In this document: one piece after another, positions 22,889 to 36,815 of the stretch
Layout: every line of letters starts with the position of its first letter
How positions within the stretch are numbered: the first letter of the stretch is position 1
Assembly (NCBI GenBank): GCA_002633005.1
Contig: NMRA01000128.1
Span: 607,482-671,481 of the forward strand
From: Phoronis australis
Lineage: Eukaryota > Animalia > Phoronida
Direction of reading: 5' to 3'
Length of the DNA: 64,000 nucleotides
Translations under genes and position numbers: made by a program
Notes under the pieces: generated by a model
Database searches by the model: none
What the model saw: the letters and a program-made list of their open reading frames with translations, nothing else
Told to the model about the DNA's origin: nothing

Positions 22889-23611
22889 ACTATTATTTGT
22901 ATGGGAGTTCAAAGTTGACCCCGTCACTTACCGCCACGGATGGGACTAAGTTGGAGTTAACTGGGACACATCTTACAGTGATCCACTCTACAAATGTGCA
23001 TTTAGGCAATGACCATTGTCTTCCCCCACTTCCCTTTTCCTATTAAAAGTGTGAGAGATTGAGGCCCTTTAATTTGCTAGAAAGCTAGTCTTACACATGT
23101 TTGGCGAAAACAAAGATTAAGTTCCATAGGAGATGATCAGGTCTCTATATAGGCCACACAAGGGACGCGTGGTCAAAAATGTGGAAACAGTTGGGTTGTG
23201 GTTATTCTTTGAGTTTCTTGAAAGATCACACGTGTGATCCTTTGCCACCATACGCCTAAAAACTGGAAAGGGCACGTGAGTCCACAAGGACAACGTGCTC
23301 TTCGTCTGCGGAATTGGAAAAGAGTGCGGGGAGTTTGGGTAGGGGATCCTGTAAGAAAATTCGGAACGCAAGCATCACATTACGTAAACTGAAACCACTT
23401 TTTCTTTTGACGATCAATTCAAATTTTTCTAAAATTTGTTTTGCGTTGCGTTGAAAACGTGTCTAAATTATCCCGGTAGACCTTGCAGGTTTAAATTCGC
23501 ATAGAAAAATGGCTAGTTAATGAAAAAACGCAGTACCTTGTGGTACTGAGTTCATTACTTTTTTACTTAGAACGCGTTGTTACTGTATCAAAATCCAGAC
23601 AGGCAGGTTAA

Positions 23612-23953
23612 AAGGATACTAAACTCTGTTTCGATGATTTCCACCAATCCTCGTTTTATCAACAGCTAAAGCAAAATTGGCGTCAGTCTTCCAAGTCAAA
23701 AGCAGAAATCAACTGAAATTCAATATGCTGCATATATTAAAGATTGGACATTATGGTCCTTGGTGGGTGATTTTTCCCACTGTTGCCGAATAATTCACTA
23801 AAATCGTAAGTCCGTTTAGGATGCTTTGAAGAGTGTGTTTTCAGGTTTTCTCCAAACTTTGAGGGTTGTCGAGGGTTACAGAGCATTTTGTTCCAGAGAA
23901 CTGGATGGGGAATGTCGCTTTTAGTATCTGTCAAAACCGGGTTTAGTAGCCTT
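23612..23953. mobile_element. TTAA-flanked (Kolobok-type) MITE
   Basis: TTAA|AAGGATACTAAAC ... GTTTAGTAGCCTT|TTAA. Confidence 0.65.
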
Positions 23954-25985
23954 TTAAAGCAGGCACTTCTGTCAAAAGTGCACTGGAAGGTACAATAAAA
24001 CCGACCGACTAAAAACCCTATTTCTCTAAGAGAATGGGAGTACCAATAATTTCAGTAACCATAATTCTGGTAGTCTATTCTGAACCTAAAATACCGCAAC
24101 ATCATGTTCATATGTGACGCACGCATTCGTCAAAAAGAGCTTTCCTCATTCAGTGCTGACCACACGTAATTTGGAATTTACAACTAGCGTGATGTCCCAC
24201 GAACCAAAACGTGTTCCAGTATATTTTTTCTCCAACTGGTATTAACTGGTATTAACTTGTATCGTACTCAAATTAGATGTGATTTCTGGGGATTTGGAAA
24301 TAACTGACATTTCGTTGGTACTTGATATCCGCCGGCTGAAAAAATTGCTGCAGAGCATGCTTCAAACCAATAACAAAACTATCAACCCAGAAATAACTTC
24401 ACATCACTTTAAATAAATCAGTTTCATAGCTGTCCTGTTTGGTCTACATCTATACACGGATTTACATGGCAGCATTAAACCCATGGTATTGATGAAAGGC
24501 CAAAACTGCCACAAAGTTACGTCATCCTTCCAGGAGTAGTTAAAGTAAATGGAAAAAATGTCGATTTGTTATGAAGCCGGAAAGCCGGTAATTGACAAAA
24601 TACCTTGTGTAAATTTAGATTCAGTTCAATAACTTGAGAATGAGTTTTTGACTATGTGTACGTTCAGGACGGATCTATATGTCTTAAGAGGGACAAACCA
24701 CAATGTCCGAAGGAAAACTGGCCGCGTAATCCCTGAGAACAGTGTGTTCTTTTTTCGTGTCCTGGTCAGAGTTAGGTTAAGGGTGAAATTGGGGATTACG
24801 TACCTTTAATGAAAAAATACCAGAACCCCTTTGAAAGCCTAGTGCGCCCAAGACCTCGACGCTACTTGCAAGAAATGGCGTGGTCTATAATAAACGACGA
24901 TCCTAGTAGGCCTACATCGCCACGTAAATGTTGTGAATTATGTCCCTCATCGGCTGCTATGATATATCAACTTGATCATTTTAAAAGTACGTCAAAGCGT
25001 TCCACGCTAATATTCGTCATTGTTACACCACCGCCAAGGTCAACACATGTAATTACATAGACTTAGACATGTTTGCAAATGTAAATTATTAAACTCCAGT
25101 GCATTTTCATGAATTTTATCGAAATACTTCCCAGCATGGAAACCTGAAATGTGTCGACCTGATACATACACCATACCAAATCTAAGTACAGTTCTTTACT
25201 AGAGAAAACTCACTTCTAGTTGTGCAAGGCTCAAAGGTCGGGTCTATTATTTGACGCGCCACAGGAAGAGCTTCTGTCTCGGACGTCGTACTATAATCTG
25301 GTGAGATACAAAAATAAGCATACCTAAATGAAAACTTGCTTTATCGCCAATCTGATTGCGATGAAACGCGCAAGTGACATGAGTTTCATTTTAACACACC
25401 ATGCAATCGATTGGCCCTGGCCTGGCCGTGTAACTGTCATTTCTGACAGTTCAAAAGTGATTTCCTCTTGCTTCTAGGCATACACTTTGAGCTGGAGGTT
25501 ACATGGGCGGCGCAGCACTGAAGTAACTGGGAGGGGCTATAGCCCCTAAGCCCCGTATGGTGCGCGCCGCCCATGTACATGGGTAGCGTAGCACTGAAGA
25601 ATGTTTCTGCGAGACTTCGGTGAACAACACAGCCAAATGCATCATGGCTTGCAAACCGGTATAAAAAACACAGCAATCACTTAGTGTTAGAAGACATTGT
25701 CAGATTCATTACAAGCAAGAAGTCAGTTAAAAACGCTCTTTAAATGAAATGAATCCACTCACAATTTTTTTTCTTGTATTAAAGTGACGAATACAATTTA
25801 ATTGTATTCTTGTCAGTGCATTGAAACCACAAGTCATAAAACACCTCGGGTGGGGAGATTTTGTTCGTGGTGGATTACGTATGATAACCCCACACTTCAA
25901 ATTTCGCACTCATGAGCATCTGTAATTATGGCCATCGATTCAACAGAAATCTTATGTTCGAGACATACATGTGTATGTTACTGAC

Positions 25986-28916
25986 CTGTTATGAAGTGAC
26001 AAGTCGGTGATTTCGTCCAAGTTAGGTTTTGTTGGCATAAAACATATCCGGTCCCATTCAGGACATACCCATCACTACAAAAGTAGAACACTTTACTCCC
26101 GACTGTCCGTGAACTTCCACCAGTTGTGGTTCTGGGTACAGTTGGTGGCTCGTCACAAGTGCTATTGCTGCACGTCGGAGCAGTCGTCCACGTCAGGTTC
26201 GCACTGCATTCAACGTGGGGTATACCGAGCAAAGTAAATCCGGGATTACAGGTATATGCAACAATGGCACCGACAGATGTGTAGTTACTAACTGCAGCTC
26301 CATTTGTTATAGACGGTGGCTCTCCACAACTTCCGTAGGACAGCGTGCACACGGGGTTAGCTGTCCAAGTAAAATTCCGTTGACATTCAACAGAAAAAGA
26401 GCCAGTCATTATGAAGCCAGTCTTACAAACGTAAATCGCCTTGCTTCCTACAACAGTGGTGTTAACAGTAACTGTCGCATTCGATACATTAGAAGGGGGT
26501 CCACAGCTTCCTGGAAATGGTCTACATATGGGTGGAAGGGACCAAGTTAAATTAAAGAGGCATTGTGAAAAAATTTGTCCTTCTATAATAAACCCTTCCT
26601 TACACGTGTAAACGGCTCTGTCGCCAAAACTTGCTGATTTAAAGTGAACCGAAGCATTTCCAATATTCGGAGGCTGTCCACAACTGACTGGCTTACAGGA
26701 GGGTGGTGCTGACCACGTGAAGTTCTCTTGACATTCCACGTGTGCGCGACTGTCAATAGAGAACCCATCAGCACACGAATACGCAGCTTTATCGCCCACC
26801 CGTGTTGAGTTAAAGACGACAGATGCGTTCGTAACATTAGGTGGATGACTACATGAACCCTGGCGTTTGCATAGGGGAGGGCGCGTCCAAGTCAAATTCC
26901 TTTGGCATTCAGTAATGGCGCTTCCTAACGTATCGTAGCCTTTAAAACACAAATACGAGGCCTTAGCTCCGACTTGAGTAGAGTTTACGACTACTGATGC
27001 GTTTAGTACCGCTGGTGGTTCAGAGCAGTTGCCGATGTTACAAGTGGGAGGAGTCGACCATGTGAGGTTCTGGCGACAGTCGACTTGATTGGGACCCTTC
27101 ATGAGATACCCAGAATCACACACGTACACAACGCTACCACCGACGATTAGTGATTTTATCGTGTACGTTGCATTAGTCACACTGGGCGGTTGCCCACAGT
27201 TTCCTACAACGCAATTTGGAGGTGACGTCCAAGTGAAATTTTCCAAGCATTCAGAGTACATGTTCCCCTGCATTACATGGCCTAGGTTGCATGAGTAAAA
27301 CGTTTTTGTTCCAAACGTTGTTGAGTTCGCGGTGACAACAGCATTCTCAACGGTTGGAGGTTGTCCGCAGTCACCAATTAAACATGACGGACCCGAAGAC
27401 CATGTCAGATTCTCTGCACAGTTGATGGACGTGTTGCCTTTTAAAACATAACCCGCTTTGCAAAAATACGTAGCATTCGAGCCGAATGTGGTCTTGTTGT
27501 AGAACACAGATGCGTTGGAAACGTTTGGAGGACGACCACAATTTTCAATAACACATTGTGGAGTCAAAGTCCATGTGAGATTATGTTGGCATTTGATAGA
27601 CTCGTTGCCTTTCATAATATGACCAACTTGGCAAGAATAGGTAGCAGAAGACCCATATGTAGTAGCAGTGTAACGTACGGATGCATCAGAAACGTTTGGT
27701 GGACGTCCACAGTTTCCAATCATGCATTTCGGTGGCATGCTCCATGTCAGATTTAGTAGACATTCTACAGTTGAAGTACCTTCTATACCATAACCTAAGC
27801 GACAAGAATAAATAGCAAGAGACCCAAGTGTTGTATTAGTGTACTGTACGGATGCATCAGAAACGTTTAGTGGACGTCCACAACTCCCAATGGAACAATT
27901 AGGAGGCGTTGACCATGTAAAATTATACTGGCATTTTACAGACTTTTTGGATGTCAAAACATATCCCATATCACAACTGTAATTCGCGAAAGACCCAAAT
28001 GTCGTGGAGTTTAAATTTACAAAGCCGTTGAAAATGGATGGTGGATGACCACAGTTTCCAATCACGCAAGTTGGCGACGTGGACCATGTGAGATTTCGCT
28101 GACATTCTATAGGCGAATTGCCTTTCATTTCATGACCCAAGTGGCAAGAATAATTAGCAAGTGATCCTAGTGTTGTACCACTGTACTGAACGGAGGCATC
28201 AGAAACATTCGGCGGAGGACCACATTTACCAAGGATACAATTAGGAGGCGATGACCACGTGAGATTATGCTGGCATTTAACAGATTTGTTGCCCATTAAA
28301 TCAAACCCCATATCACATCCATAGTTCGCGAAAGACCCGTATGTTGTTTCAGTGAAATGTACAGAGGCGTTGGAAACAAAAGGTGGTTGTCCACAATTTC
28401 CAATCTCGCATGTTGGTGGCAAAGTCCAAATGAGTGTTGTTCGGCATTCGATAGAGGAACTTCCATTGAGCACATATCCTTGGTTGCAAGTGTAAACGAC
28501 AATGGAGCCAACTGTCGTTGTAAGGAGACTTGAAACTACCGAGGCATTGGTTACACTTGGTGGCGCTGGACAAGTTTTGGGTACACATGTTGGTGGTGAT
28601 GTCCATGCAAGACTTATTTGGCATTCAACCACTGCAGTACCGTTCATCATATAACCTTGACCACAGAAGTAGGTCGCTTCGCTGCCGACTACAGTTGAAG
28701 TGACGCCGACAGTGCCGTGGCTAATAGCAGGCGGCATTTGACAGGTCGGCTGGCAGACGGGTGGATTACCCCATGTTGCATTTTCATGACACTCGATTGT
28801 CGAGGTACCAGACATTAAGTAGCCTGTAGAGCAGAGGTAAACTACGGTTGAACCCATCAATGTGTTGTTATACATTGAACTTGCGAACGAAACTTCCGGT
28901 GGCTTTCCACAGTCAA
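25986..28916 (-). CDS. Giant exon encoding 17 tandem sushi/CCP domains (977 codons)
   Basis: Acceptor ATATCTTTCAG, donor CAG|GTCAGT, phase 1-1; 17 repeats of C-x2-PP...Y-x-C-x2-G-(Y/F/H)...C...W-x4-C. Confidence 0.95.
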
Positions 28917-29183
28917 CTGAAAGATATAAATGTCAGCGTTTATTATTTTTCGGGCTGCATGAAGAAGAAAAAAGGAACCTTTATTCTCTGTGGACTCCGT
29001 GTAGTAACATAGAAGTGTTTTCCACCGTCGTGTGAATGTGGTAAATCCTCTATCGGTAAAACCCGACCACAGGAAATAGCTGAACACAAGAAATGTTGTA
29101 GAGAAGGAGTAACAGAGCATATGTGGTCAAAACAACACCCAATGGAATAACATCCGGTTACTCGACAGTGAAACGGTCTGTAC

Positions 29184-31816
29184 CATAGACATCTTTATAC
29201 TATAGACAGGGCGCACGCGCTACTGCAGCTGACAACTTGACGCCATATTGCAGTGTTACTGGTCACGTGACACGGCTGTAAACAAACGGGGAAAACTGCC
29301 CTTTTCAAAGCGCGATATCTAACAAATAAAGAGGCGGAAGAGTGTGATTTTTCCAGAAACATACAAAAACATATGCTCTAGCACTTACATGCGTTTTTTA
29401 AGAGTTAATAAGTCGACAGGGAAAATATCAAACTAATTCACAATAAAAGATCGCAACCAGTGGCAGATTCTCGAATTGTCTGAGCGGCTGCACGCTTGTT
29501 ATCTACTGTGAGCGCATTTAATGGGGGGAGTCTAAATTTAATGTGAACAACTGTGGAAAATGACCTCATTGGAGTCATATAGATAAATGACAGGTTTTTA
29601 AAGCTCATTAGGGTGTTTTCCCGTTCCGTGACTTTACCACACGCACAGCGGTTGTGAGCGTGTTATAGTCTTAACTTCGATTGTATAGTTGGGAGATTTT
29701 GGTGATTCAAAAACTTTAAGCATGACCAGTTTTTTATGGGGAATTCAGAAATGTCACTGGTTTATATTCAAACATTTTATAACTTAACTTAACTTATTTT
29801 TAACACCACAACCCAGTGAGTCAATAAGATATGATCTTATTGGAGATTAGAGCAACTATTGAACAAAAGAGGCTTACCCTCCAACCCTGATAGCCAGAAT
29901 GGACTTAATCAGTCGTCGGTGTAAGATATTGGCTACAGCAGTTATCCGACCAACTTGTGCTATACAACAGTTAGACTAAACTCGAAAATTCCATAATGCA
30001 AAAAGCAAAGAACACAGACTCAATTCCTCTCCTGTGCATCGCTCGGGATTGCCAACGGACAAATATTTTTCTCTCACGCACGGTATTCCTCTCTCACGGA
30101 TCTGAAGTCACCCCCGATCAAGCACCAGGCACTTGTTGGTGTTTTGCAGTGTCCCCACACCGTGTGCTCACAAAGAGACCAGCCCTGCTCCCACACATTA
30201 TTTCGAACCGTTCCAATCCATCCCCGCCCTTAATCTGATTTACGTATATATTGCGCCTCAGTTCTCACGATTCCAAATTTGACTTTTATAGTAAGAAAAC
30301 TTGGCTGCGATAGGAAGATTCTTAACATGTGGCCAAGTATTTTGGATTAGTCTTCATGCAGTTCAGTAGTCAGATATTGTATCCTGGCACGAGCAGTGTG
30401 AAAATGGCCATTTGCCAAGTTGGGCAACTGAACGAAGGACTGTTCGAAAATTTGTGATTGTTTTCGCTTCAGCCCAGCTTCCCCACATCATATGCCACGC
30501 CGTTCGGTACTTTCACTCCCTAATTGCGGCATATATTGAAAAAGTAAGATTTCCCTTGCCGCAAGTTACTCAGGTGACCCTCGGACCTAAGCATCCGCTT
30601 ATCGAACATTGTTGAAAGATCGCCAGTTGCGGGTATCGCGTCTGCTTATCCTAACCCCCTGTTGCTGAGGAACCCAATGGCGTATTTAGAGGGGGGGGCA
30701 AGACCCTCCTAAAGTTCTCCCAGATTCCATTTGGCAGTTCAGGGGAGCGAAAGTCCGACGGGCAGAATCCTAGCTAATACAAGCGCGCACCCACGGGGGA
30801 AACAAAAAGTCCGAGGAAAGGAAACAAAAGTCCACAAGAATTCGTATCGAATGCACAATGCACGGGGTTGAACCTAGTACCCGTTTTTTAGTACTCGTCT
30901 TCTTGTTCCAGTAAAACGTCCACATTACCGCAAAATTCAAGCCCCCCTCTATATTTTAGACTGGGTGCGCGCATGTGATCCTCTGCCTTGCCCCCCTAAA
31001 TCAAAATTCTGGATCCGCACCTGGAACCGTTGAATAATGACGGGTCGGGTTTTCATTAAATTTAGACCTTGTGAAAAAACTTGCCGGAGTCATTTTTCAT
31101 GGGGTCATTATTTAATGCTATACCGGCTCGTTTGGGTATATTTCCACTCGGTTTCCAGTAGGAAATTCTGTATTTTGGGTATATCGGATGCGCAATTCAG
31201 TCGTACAGGTTTGATATTTTGAACACTATGTACTTTACGTTTTTGCGCAAGTTTTGAGTCACAAAACAAAGAGCTCGTAAGGAAGCAATGCAAATCCACA
31301 AAATTTCCAATATCAATTTTAACATAAGTACAGTTTTTCCAGGGATGTTATTTTTCAGAAACAAGTAAATATACGTATGATTGTCATTGATACCAAATAT
31401 TTTCATAATTACAATTAAAAAACATCATCATCATCATCATTGGATAAAAGCATATGCTGGTCAATAATTAATCTTTTAATTTAATTGATCTTATATGGTC
31501 TCAATCACCAAGACTGATTTGGAAACAACGCATAATCGCTCCACTTAAACTACTGTGTCAGAACATAAAAACCTAGTGTCACCACCTCTAAACTCCATGG
31601 CCGAACCAAAAAACCCATGACTCAAAGGCAGGAACAACAAACTTAACTCTTTGGCGGCAAGCATAACACTGCGAGCCCGCCGATTTTCTGACTGATGCCG
31701 TAGGGCTCTCAGTGTTTTCCGCCATTATTGTCCTGTGTAACACTCTCCAATATCATATATTGACAACGCGAGCTGGATGTATCTGAGTGGCGCGCCCGGT
31801 CTATGTGATGTCTATG
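29184..31816. mobile_element. P-superfamily non-autonomous element (2.6 kb) containing nested hAT-like MITEs
   Basis: Termini CATAGACATC / GATGTCTATG plus inner ATAGAC(A/C)GGGCGC pair; 8-bp TSD GTCTGTAC (29176-29183) / GTCTGGAC (31817-31824). Confidence 0.7.
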
Positions 31817-31838
31817 GTCTGGACTTACTGAGTAAGAT

Positions 31839-34545
31839 CAAGGAGTGTACGAGTATAGGAGAGTTCACTCCGCCATTTTACCATTCGCCGCAATGGTTAC
31901 CGGTCGAAACACTAGCGCTCCAAGCGGTGAATAATCAATACTTACTTAGGAGCGCAGTCCGAACAATGTAAACACTGATGAATTCATACTTTAATGACGT
32001 TCAACGTGCAATAAAATTACTGTGTGATTGAAAATGGTTAGAATACGTAAACTAACATCCACTTATAATCGAATGAGAATGAAAATGTGTATTTTAATCA
32101 ATATTAAAGTGTATTTGTTTTTATTCTTTTGAAGCTCCCTTCAAAATCTATCACGGTTTTGTTTCATGTTTGAGTTCTTAACAAGGCAAATTATCTTTCC
32201 TTATAACAGTTCATACCTCCATGGACAATAAAATTTGAATGATTGCTCCTGGGGGTTCAGAGGGTAATTCCCCACAGGTGACAGCTAAGGGGGTACAAGG
32301 CAAAAACCATGTGGGCGCCAAATGGGTGTTGACCATCTCCCAGGGGGGTTACATGGGAGGAGTGCTAAACAGGTAAAAACCAATGGGGTATGCCACATGG
32401 GTGTTGAGCCATTCCCATTGTCATAAATTTTGGTTGCTCCCCTGACCATTGACAAACATGTTGCTCCCAGCTCACTGCTGGTTTCACCTCCACCCAATTT
32501 CGCATGTGTTCCTTATTCAATGCACCAGGATACTAACAATGTGAATAATTGTTTGGTGTAGTGGGTGTTACACATGTAAGAAGAAGAAAGCAATTCATCA
32601 CTACCACAAAATCGTAATATAATTTTAGAACATCCCATTATTTCTTGGACATTCCAGCATAGGGTAAACTCGATTGCACTCTCCCACGCGCGCACCCAGG
32701 GGGCTCGGGGGGCTTGAACGAGACAAAAAGTCCGAGAAAATGGGACAAAAGTCCACTAAAGAAACGGAAACGCGCAATTCACAGTGGTGGTCCCCGTTTT
32801 TTTTTTTTAGTCCGCCCACTCACTTGTTAGCAAAAGGTCTACATCGTCGGGAATTCGAGCCCCCCCCACATTGAGTATATCCCCACCATAACCAGTCCAA
32901 GCTCAAAATGTCATGACAAAAAAGTTAAGAGGTGCTAAACAGCAATCAAAATATTCACTAGCCACACAACTTCATACAAAACTGAATTAAAAAGACTTTT
33001 AATGGATGATAAAACTAAAATTTTTATTTTCTATACCCACTGTTCATATTATCAATAACAGTAAATATTTCAGGTAAGCTAAAGCTAGACCACAAGATCA
33101 TATTTGTTACTTAGCCACAACTGGAGCTTAAATTAATCACAATCTCCAAAAACGTACAAAATAGGCAACACATACACCAATACAACAAGAAAATCTAACC
33201 AACCTTCTCACTCTCTATTCACTAGAAAACAACAGCTCTTTTTGCCAACGAAATGCGTTGAAGCTGATAACTAATTTACTCACAGAGGTGTTTCAGTGTC
33301 ATTGAGAAGCAAAATGATATGGATAGCTTGGGTTTAACAAAATGTCAGCCCACCATTCAGACTCTAAAAGACCCATCAGTTTCACTTTGGCTCTCTTCAA
33401 ATCACAGGCTAACCATTCATAAAATGTTTCAATCTGATCAACCTTAGTAAAATACGAAAACCAGATTTTGACTAATTGTCCTTTCTACACGTGATGTTCC
33501 AGTACTTGCTTTGTGAGACGATAATCAGAAATGCAAAAAGCCTATTCCACAGCTGTAACATAATTTCTGTAGAACTTTTTGACGTCTTCATTTTTGGTGG
33601 ACTGGGGACATCAAATACTGCTCGGGCACTGCATTCAATACCAGCTTGTTCTTCATTCATCAACATGGACTCCTCGAAGTGATGAGAGCATAAGTTGCAG
33701 TTCTTGGACAAGTAGGATGCACTCTATTCATAAGGTCGGCTCCCAGTGCTTGCACCTGAACAGAAATCAATGAGAGACTCAGGAACAAACCTCATACTCA
33801 CCAGGTTCACAGAGACTGGTAGCCTACACTAAACTACACTACAGAAGTCCTGTCGTACTGTGATTGTGATAGAGACAAAAGCGTCTTGGTGTCAACTAAA
33901 AAAACTAGGACTCAAATGTCGATCCACGGATATTTTAAGGGCTGCACAACTTTTCACCGAGACCCACAGATTCTCTGACTTGACTAATGAAAGACTTAAA
34001 AGGCCCTGTGGCCTGTGGCTGTGATTGTGCCATGGCCGTGTCACCACGATTCATATTCACCCATGGCCATGGGAATGTTTTCCTAAAATTATCCCTGCGA
34101 TCGTTAGAGTGACATTTTGATTTGGAATACATGGACTGCAAGTATCCAAAAAGCTGACGATCACATCGTACGTTAATCATAGTCCTCTTCCGCCGGCTGC
34201 CCAGTAGGTCTAGCCTACACTGCAGACAACAGACAGTGCCGGGCACCGGGACTGCGATCGACTTGTCTAACAACCGTGAACAGAACACACAAAATGAAAG
34301 ACAATGTATCATATTATTGAATAACAGATAATCCTTACCTTTCTGGATCCTTAGGAAACCTACAAAATGACACGTGTGGGGTTTTCGTGGATCAATTCAT
34401 GCAATTTATCGCACTGCAAAATGCGTCCGTCCCCATTGTTTTGGCGCTTCCTGGTTGACCGTAGCTTGTTCACCACTTGGCGGCGCTAGTAGTAGCGGTA
34501 ACAGCGAACTCACAAGTGAACTCTCCTATACTACTACACTCCTTG
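31839..34545 (-). mobile_element. P-superfamily element with degenerate, intron-split THAP gene
   Basis: 31-bp TIR CAAGGAGTGTAnnAGTATAGGAGAGTTCACT; perfect 7-bp TSD GTAAGAT; THAP exon 1 34339-34436 (FCSAINC..FPKDPER), exon 2 from 33755 (CKHW..LCSHHFEES..FDVP). Confidence 0.85.
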
Positions 34546-34897
34546 GTAAGATCAAGGAAACTATGCACGTGAAGCAGCAGAGTAATGTCTTTAGTCAGCA
34601 TAGCAAGCATCCAAGCGACACCTACCTGCCCCTCCTACGCAATAAGGGAGATTTAAAACGTTGCCTCTCAAGAGAACGAGTAATTGTTAATTGGACGCGC
34701 CCAGTCGTATACCATAATCGGACTGGGTAAAGACAATGATTTACACACAGCGTCATGACAATCAATGCGATTAGAATTTCACCTCTCGTTTCTGCCACTG
34801 GTCGAGGGCTCAGGATACGTATACGCTTTTGGGCTAAGGGCTTTACAATACATCCCAGCAGAAGCAACGCAGGTAAGGTCAATTAGTGCAGACTTAC

Positions 34898-35058
34898 CGC
34901 AGCTACTGTAGAGCTCCCACTTGAAGTTCACTAGTTGTTGGTTGTAAGACATTGGCACAATCCTAACGTAATTCTGGGCTACAATTCTGGGCTCTAGTAT
35001 TCGTATCCCCAGGCCTTTATGTACTACTGGGTGACTACTATATGCGGCACCGTCAGTG
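34898..35058 (-). CDS. Exon encoding the C-terminal half of a discoidin (F5/8 type C) domain
   Basis: Acceptor TTCTCACCTACAG, donor GCG|GTAAGT, phase 2-1; TDG...LEPRIVAQNYVRIVPMSY...FKWELYSSC fits the FA58C C-terminal pattern; joins the sushi exon in frame. Confidence 0.7.
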
Positions 35059-36815
35059 CTGTAGGTGAGAACGTATGACTCGACAGAGTTATCACTAGAC
35101 GTGACATTAATGGCCGAAACTTCTGACGGCTTGCCAAGATTTACCTGTTGAAGAAGGAAATTTTTTATTTACACAACGTAGAGTTGTATAAGCTTTAAAA
35201 GCGCTTATGGCCTGGAATTGTTAAACTCGTTATGAATCATATTCTGTTCAGAAACAGTTGTTTCACATAACAGGTGTATTCGCTCTTCCAAAGTAATCCC
35301 AACGTGTCCTTATCTTTTCTTTGAATTGAAATTATTAGCATATAACGCCTGGATATTCTGACGGCCATACAGCTTGAACTGTCCCGTAGTGATAAGCAAC
35401 TCAGTGAGCGAGAATGGTTTGAAGCACTAAAGAGCTCAGTGTCTGTTCTTCTCAAGCCTAGAAATCTTTTGTAATCTGATTGGGGAACAAGACGACAGTA
35501 GTCTTAAAGCGTTCCTACAATGGATTGTTGTACTTTTTTAGGTTTATACCGTGAATAATGATTCTATAATAAAAAAAATCAGACTAAAGAAGCGAATATT
35601 TTGGGAAATAATTAAGGAAGTTTGAATTTTAAAGAACAATTCATGATTCTTTTGGTTTCCTGTCATGTGATGTCATCAGTGGAAGACGTTGATCAGCTGA
35701 CAGCATATATGAAATGGCGGATAGTACTCGTTTTCTAAGTTACGAAGACTAAGAGAGCGAGCTTGACAAGTATTATAAAGACAGGTATGGATAAGGGGGT
35801 AAAGACGACTCTCAGACCATAGGTGAAACACGTCGTAGTGAGTTAGACCTCGCCATGTTGGCAGATTTTGCATATTTGAGGCCGTACGAACTCGACCCTT
35901 ACGCACCGGCGTCTTCGGCAAGTAAATCGAGTGGAATCTTACTCTGTCTGTGGACAGTCCTGATTTCAGAGCTGACATTTCTGAGTGGTAATAATAGCCT
36001 TTTATTGAATCGCGGTTTAATTTTCTAGCAACCACTTTATTGTCGAGTAATATGTTTATGTATCGAGCTGTGAATCTATAAGCGAAATTTTTACCCTGAC
36101 AGCCGCAAATACCCAGTAAGCATGACAGTATTGGCCCAGTACTGGATATCTGTTGCTTGTTACTGCTTGTACCGCATAGGCCTACCGGTTTACGTTCATG
36201 GGCCACTAATGGCCCAATACCGTAACACGACTGTTGAGCAGTAAACACAGGCTTGCCCACAGGGGGGCTCTTTCTAATTTAACACTTAGTTTTCTCTTTA
36301 AAAAAATACCATCAGATGTGTGACAGTAAAATCTTTCAGAAAAAAAAATTAATTACCACCAAATGTATTACAGTGTAATTTTATTATTTAAAGAAAACTT
36401 TTCACCAGATGTCCCTCATTAAAAAACGCCAGTTTGAAATTTCCGTTTAAGAACACTTTAGCTGTTCAGAGATTTTCTACAGTTTGAAACCAGCCTGTGT
36501 GACAGAGTAGTGAAGGATCTTGACAGTGACCTTCAGATTTCTGGTAAGTTTCATATTTGTTTACTTTGAATGCCATGCCAATGTCTATAAGAGTGTAAAA
36601 CCTGATTTATACCACAGACGTTCTCAGCTTCTGTCCTGATCGTCTCCAGAGTCCAATACAAATTACAATATACTACACGATATGGCACTAGGGATTAGGA
36701 ATTCCACGTGTGCTTCACTTCAGCGGAACATATTAGACACAAAACTCAATAAAAGTATGCTTAACAGGTACAGCAACCACGAGTAATATTGTTATTTCTT
36801 CTGATAGCATTTACA

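Noticed and set aside
23737-23934. Alternative terminal exon for a secreted isoform
   Set aside because: Lies wholly within a TTAA-flanked MITE.
35676-36260. 194-aa ORF as a standalone gene
   Set aside because: Its 5' part overlaps a small inverted-repeat element (~36112-36240) and no domain is recognisable.
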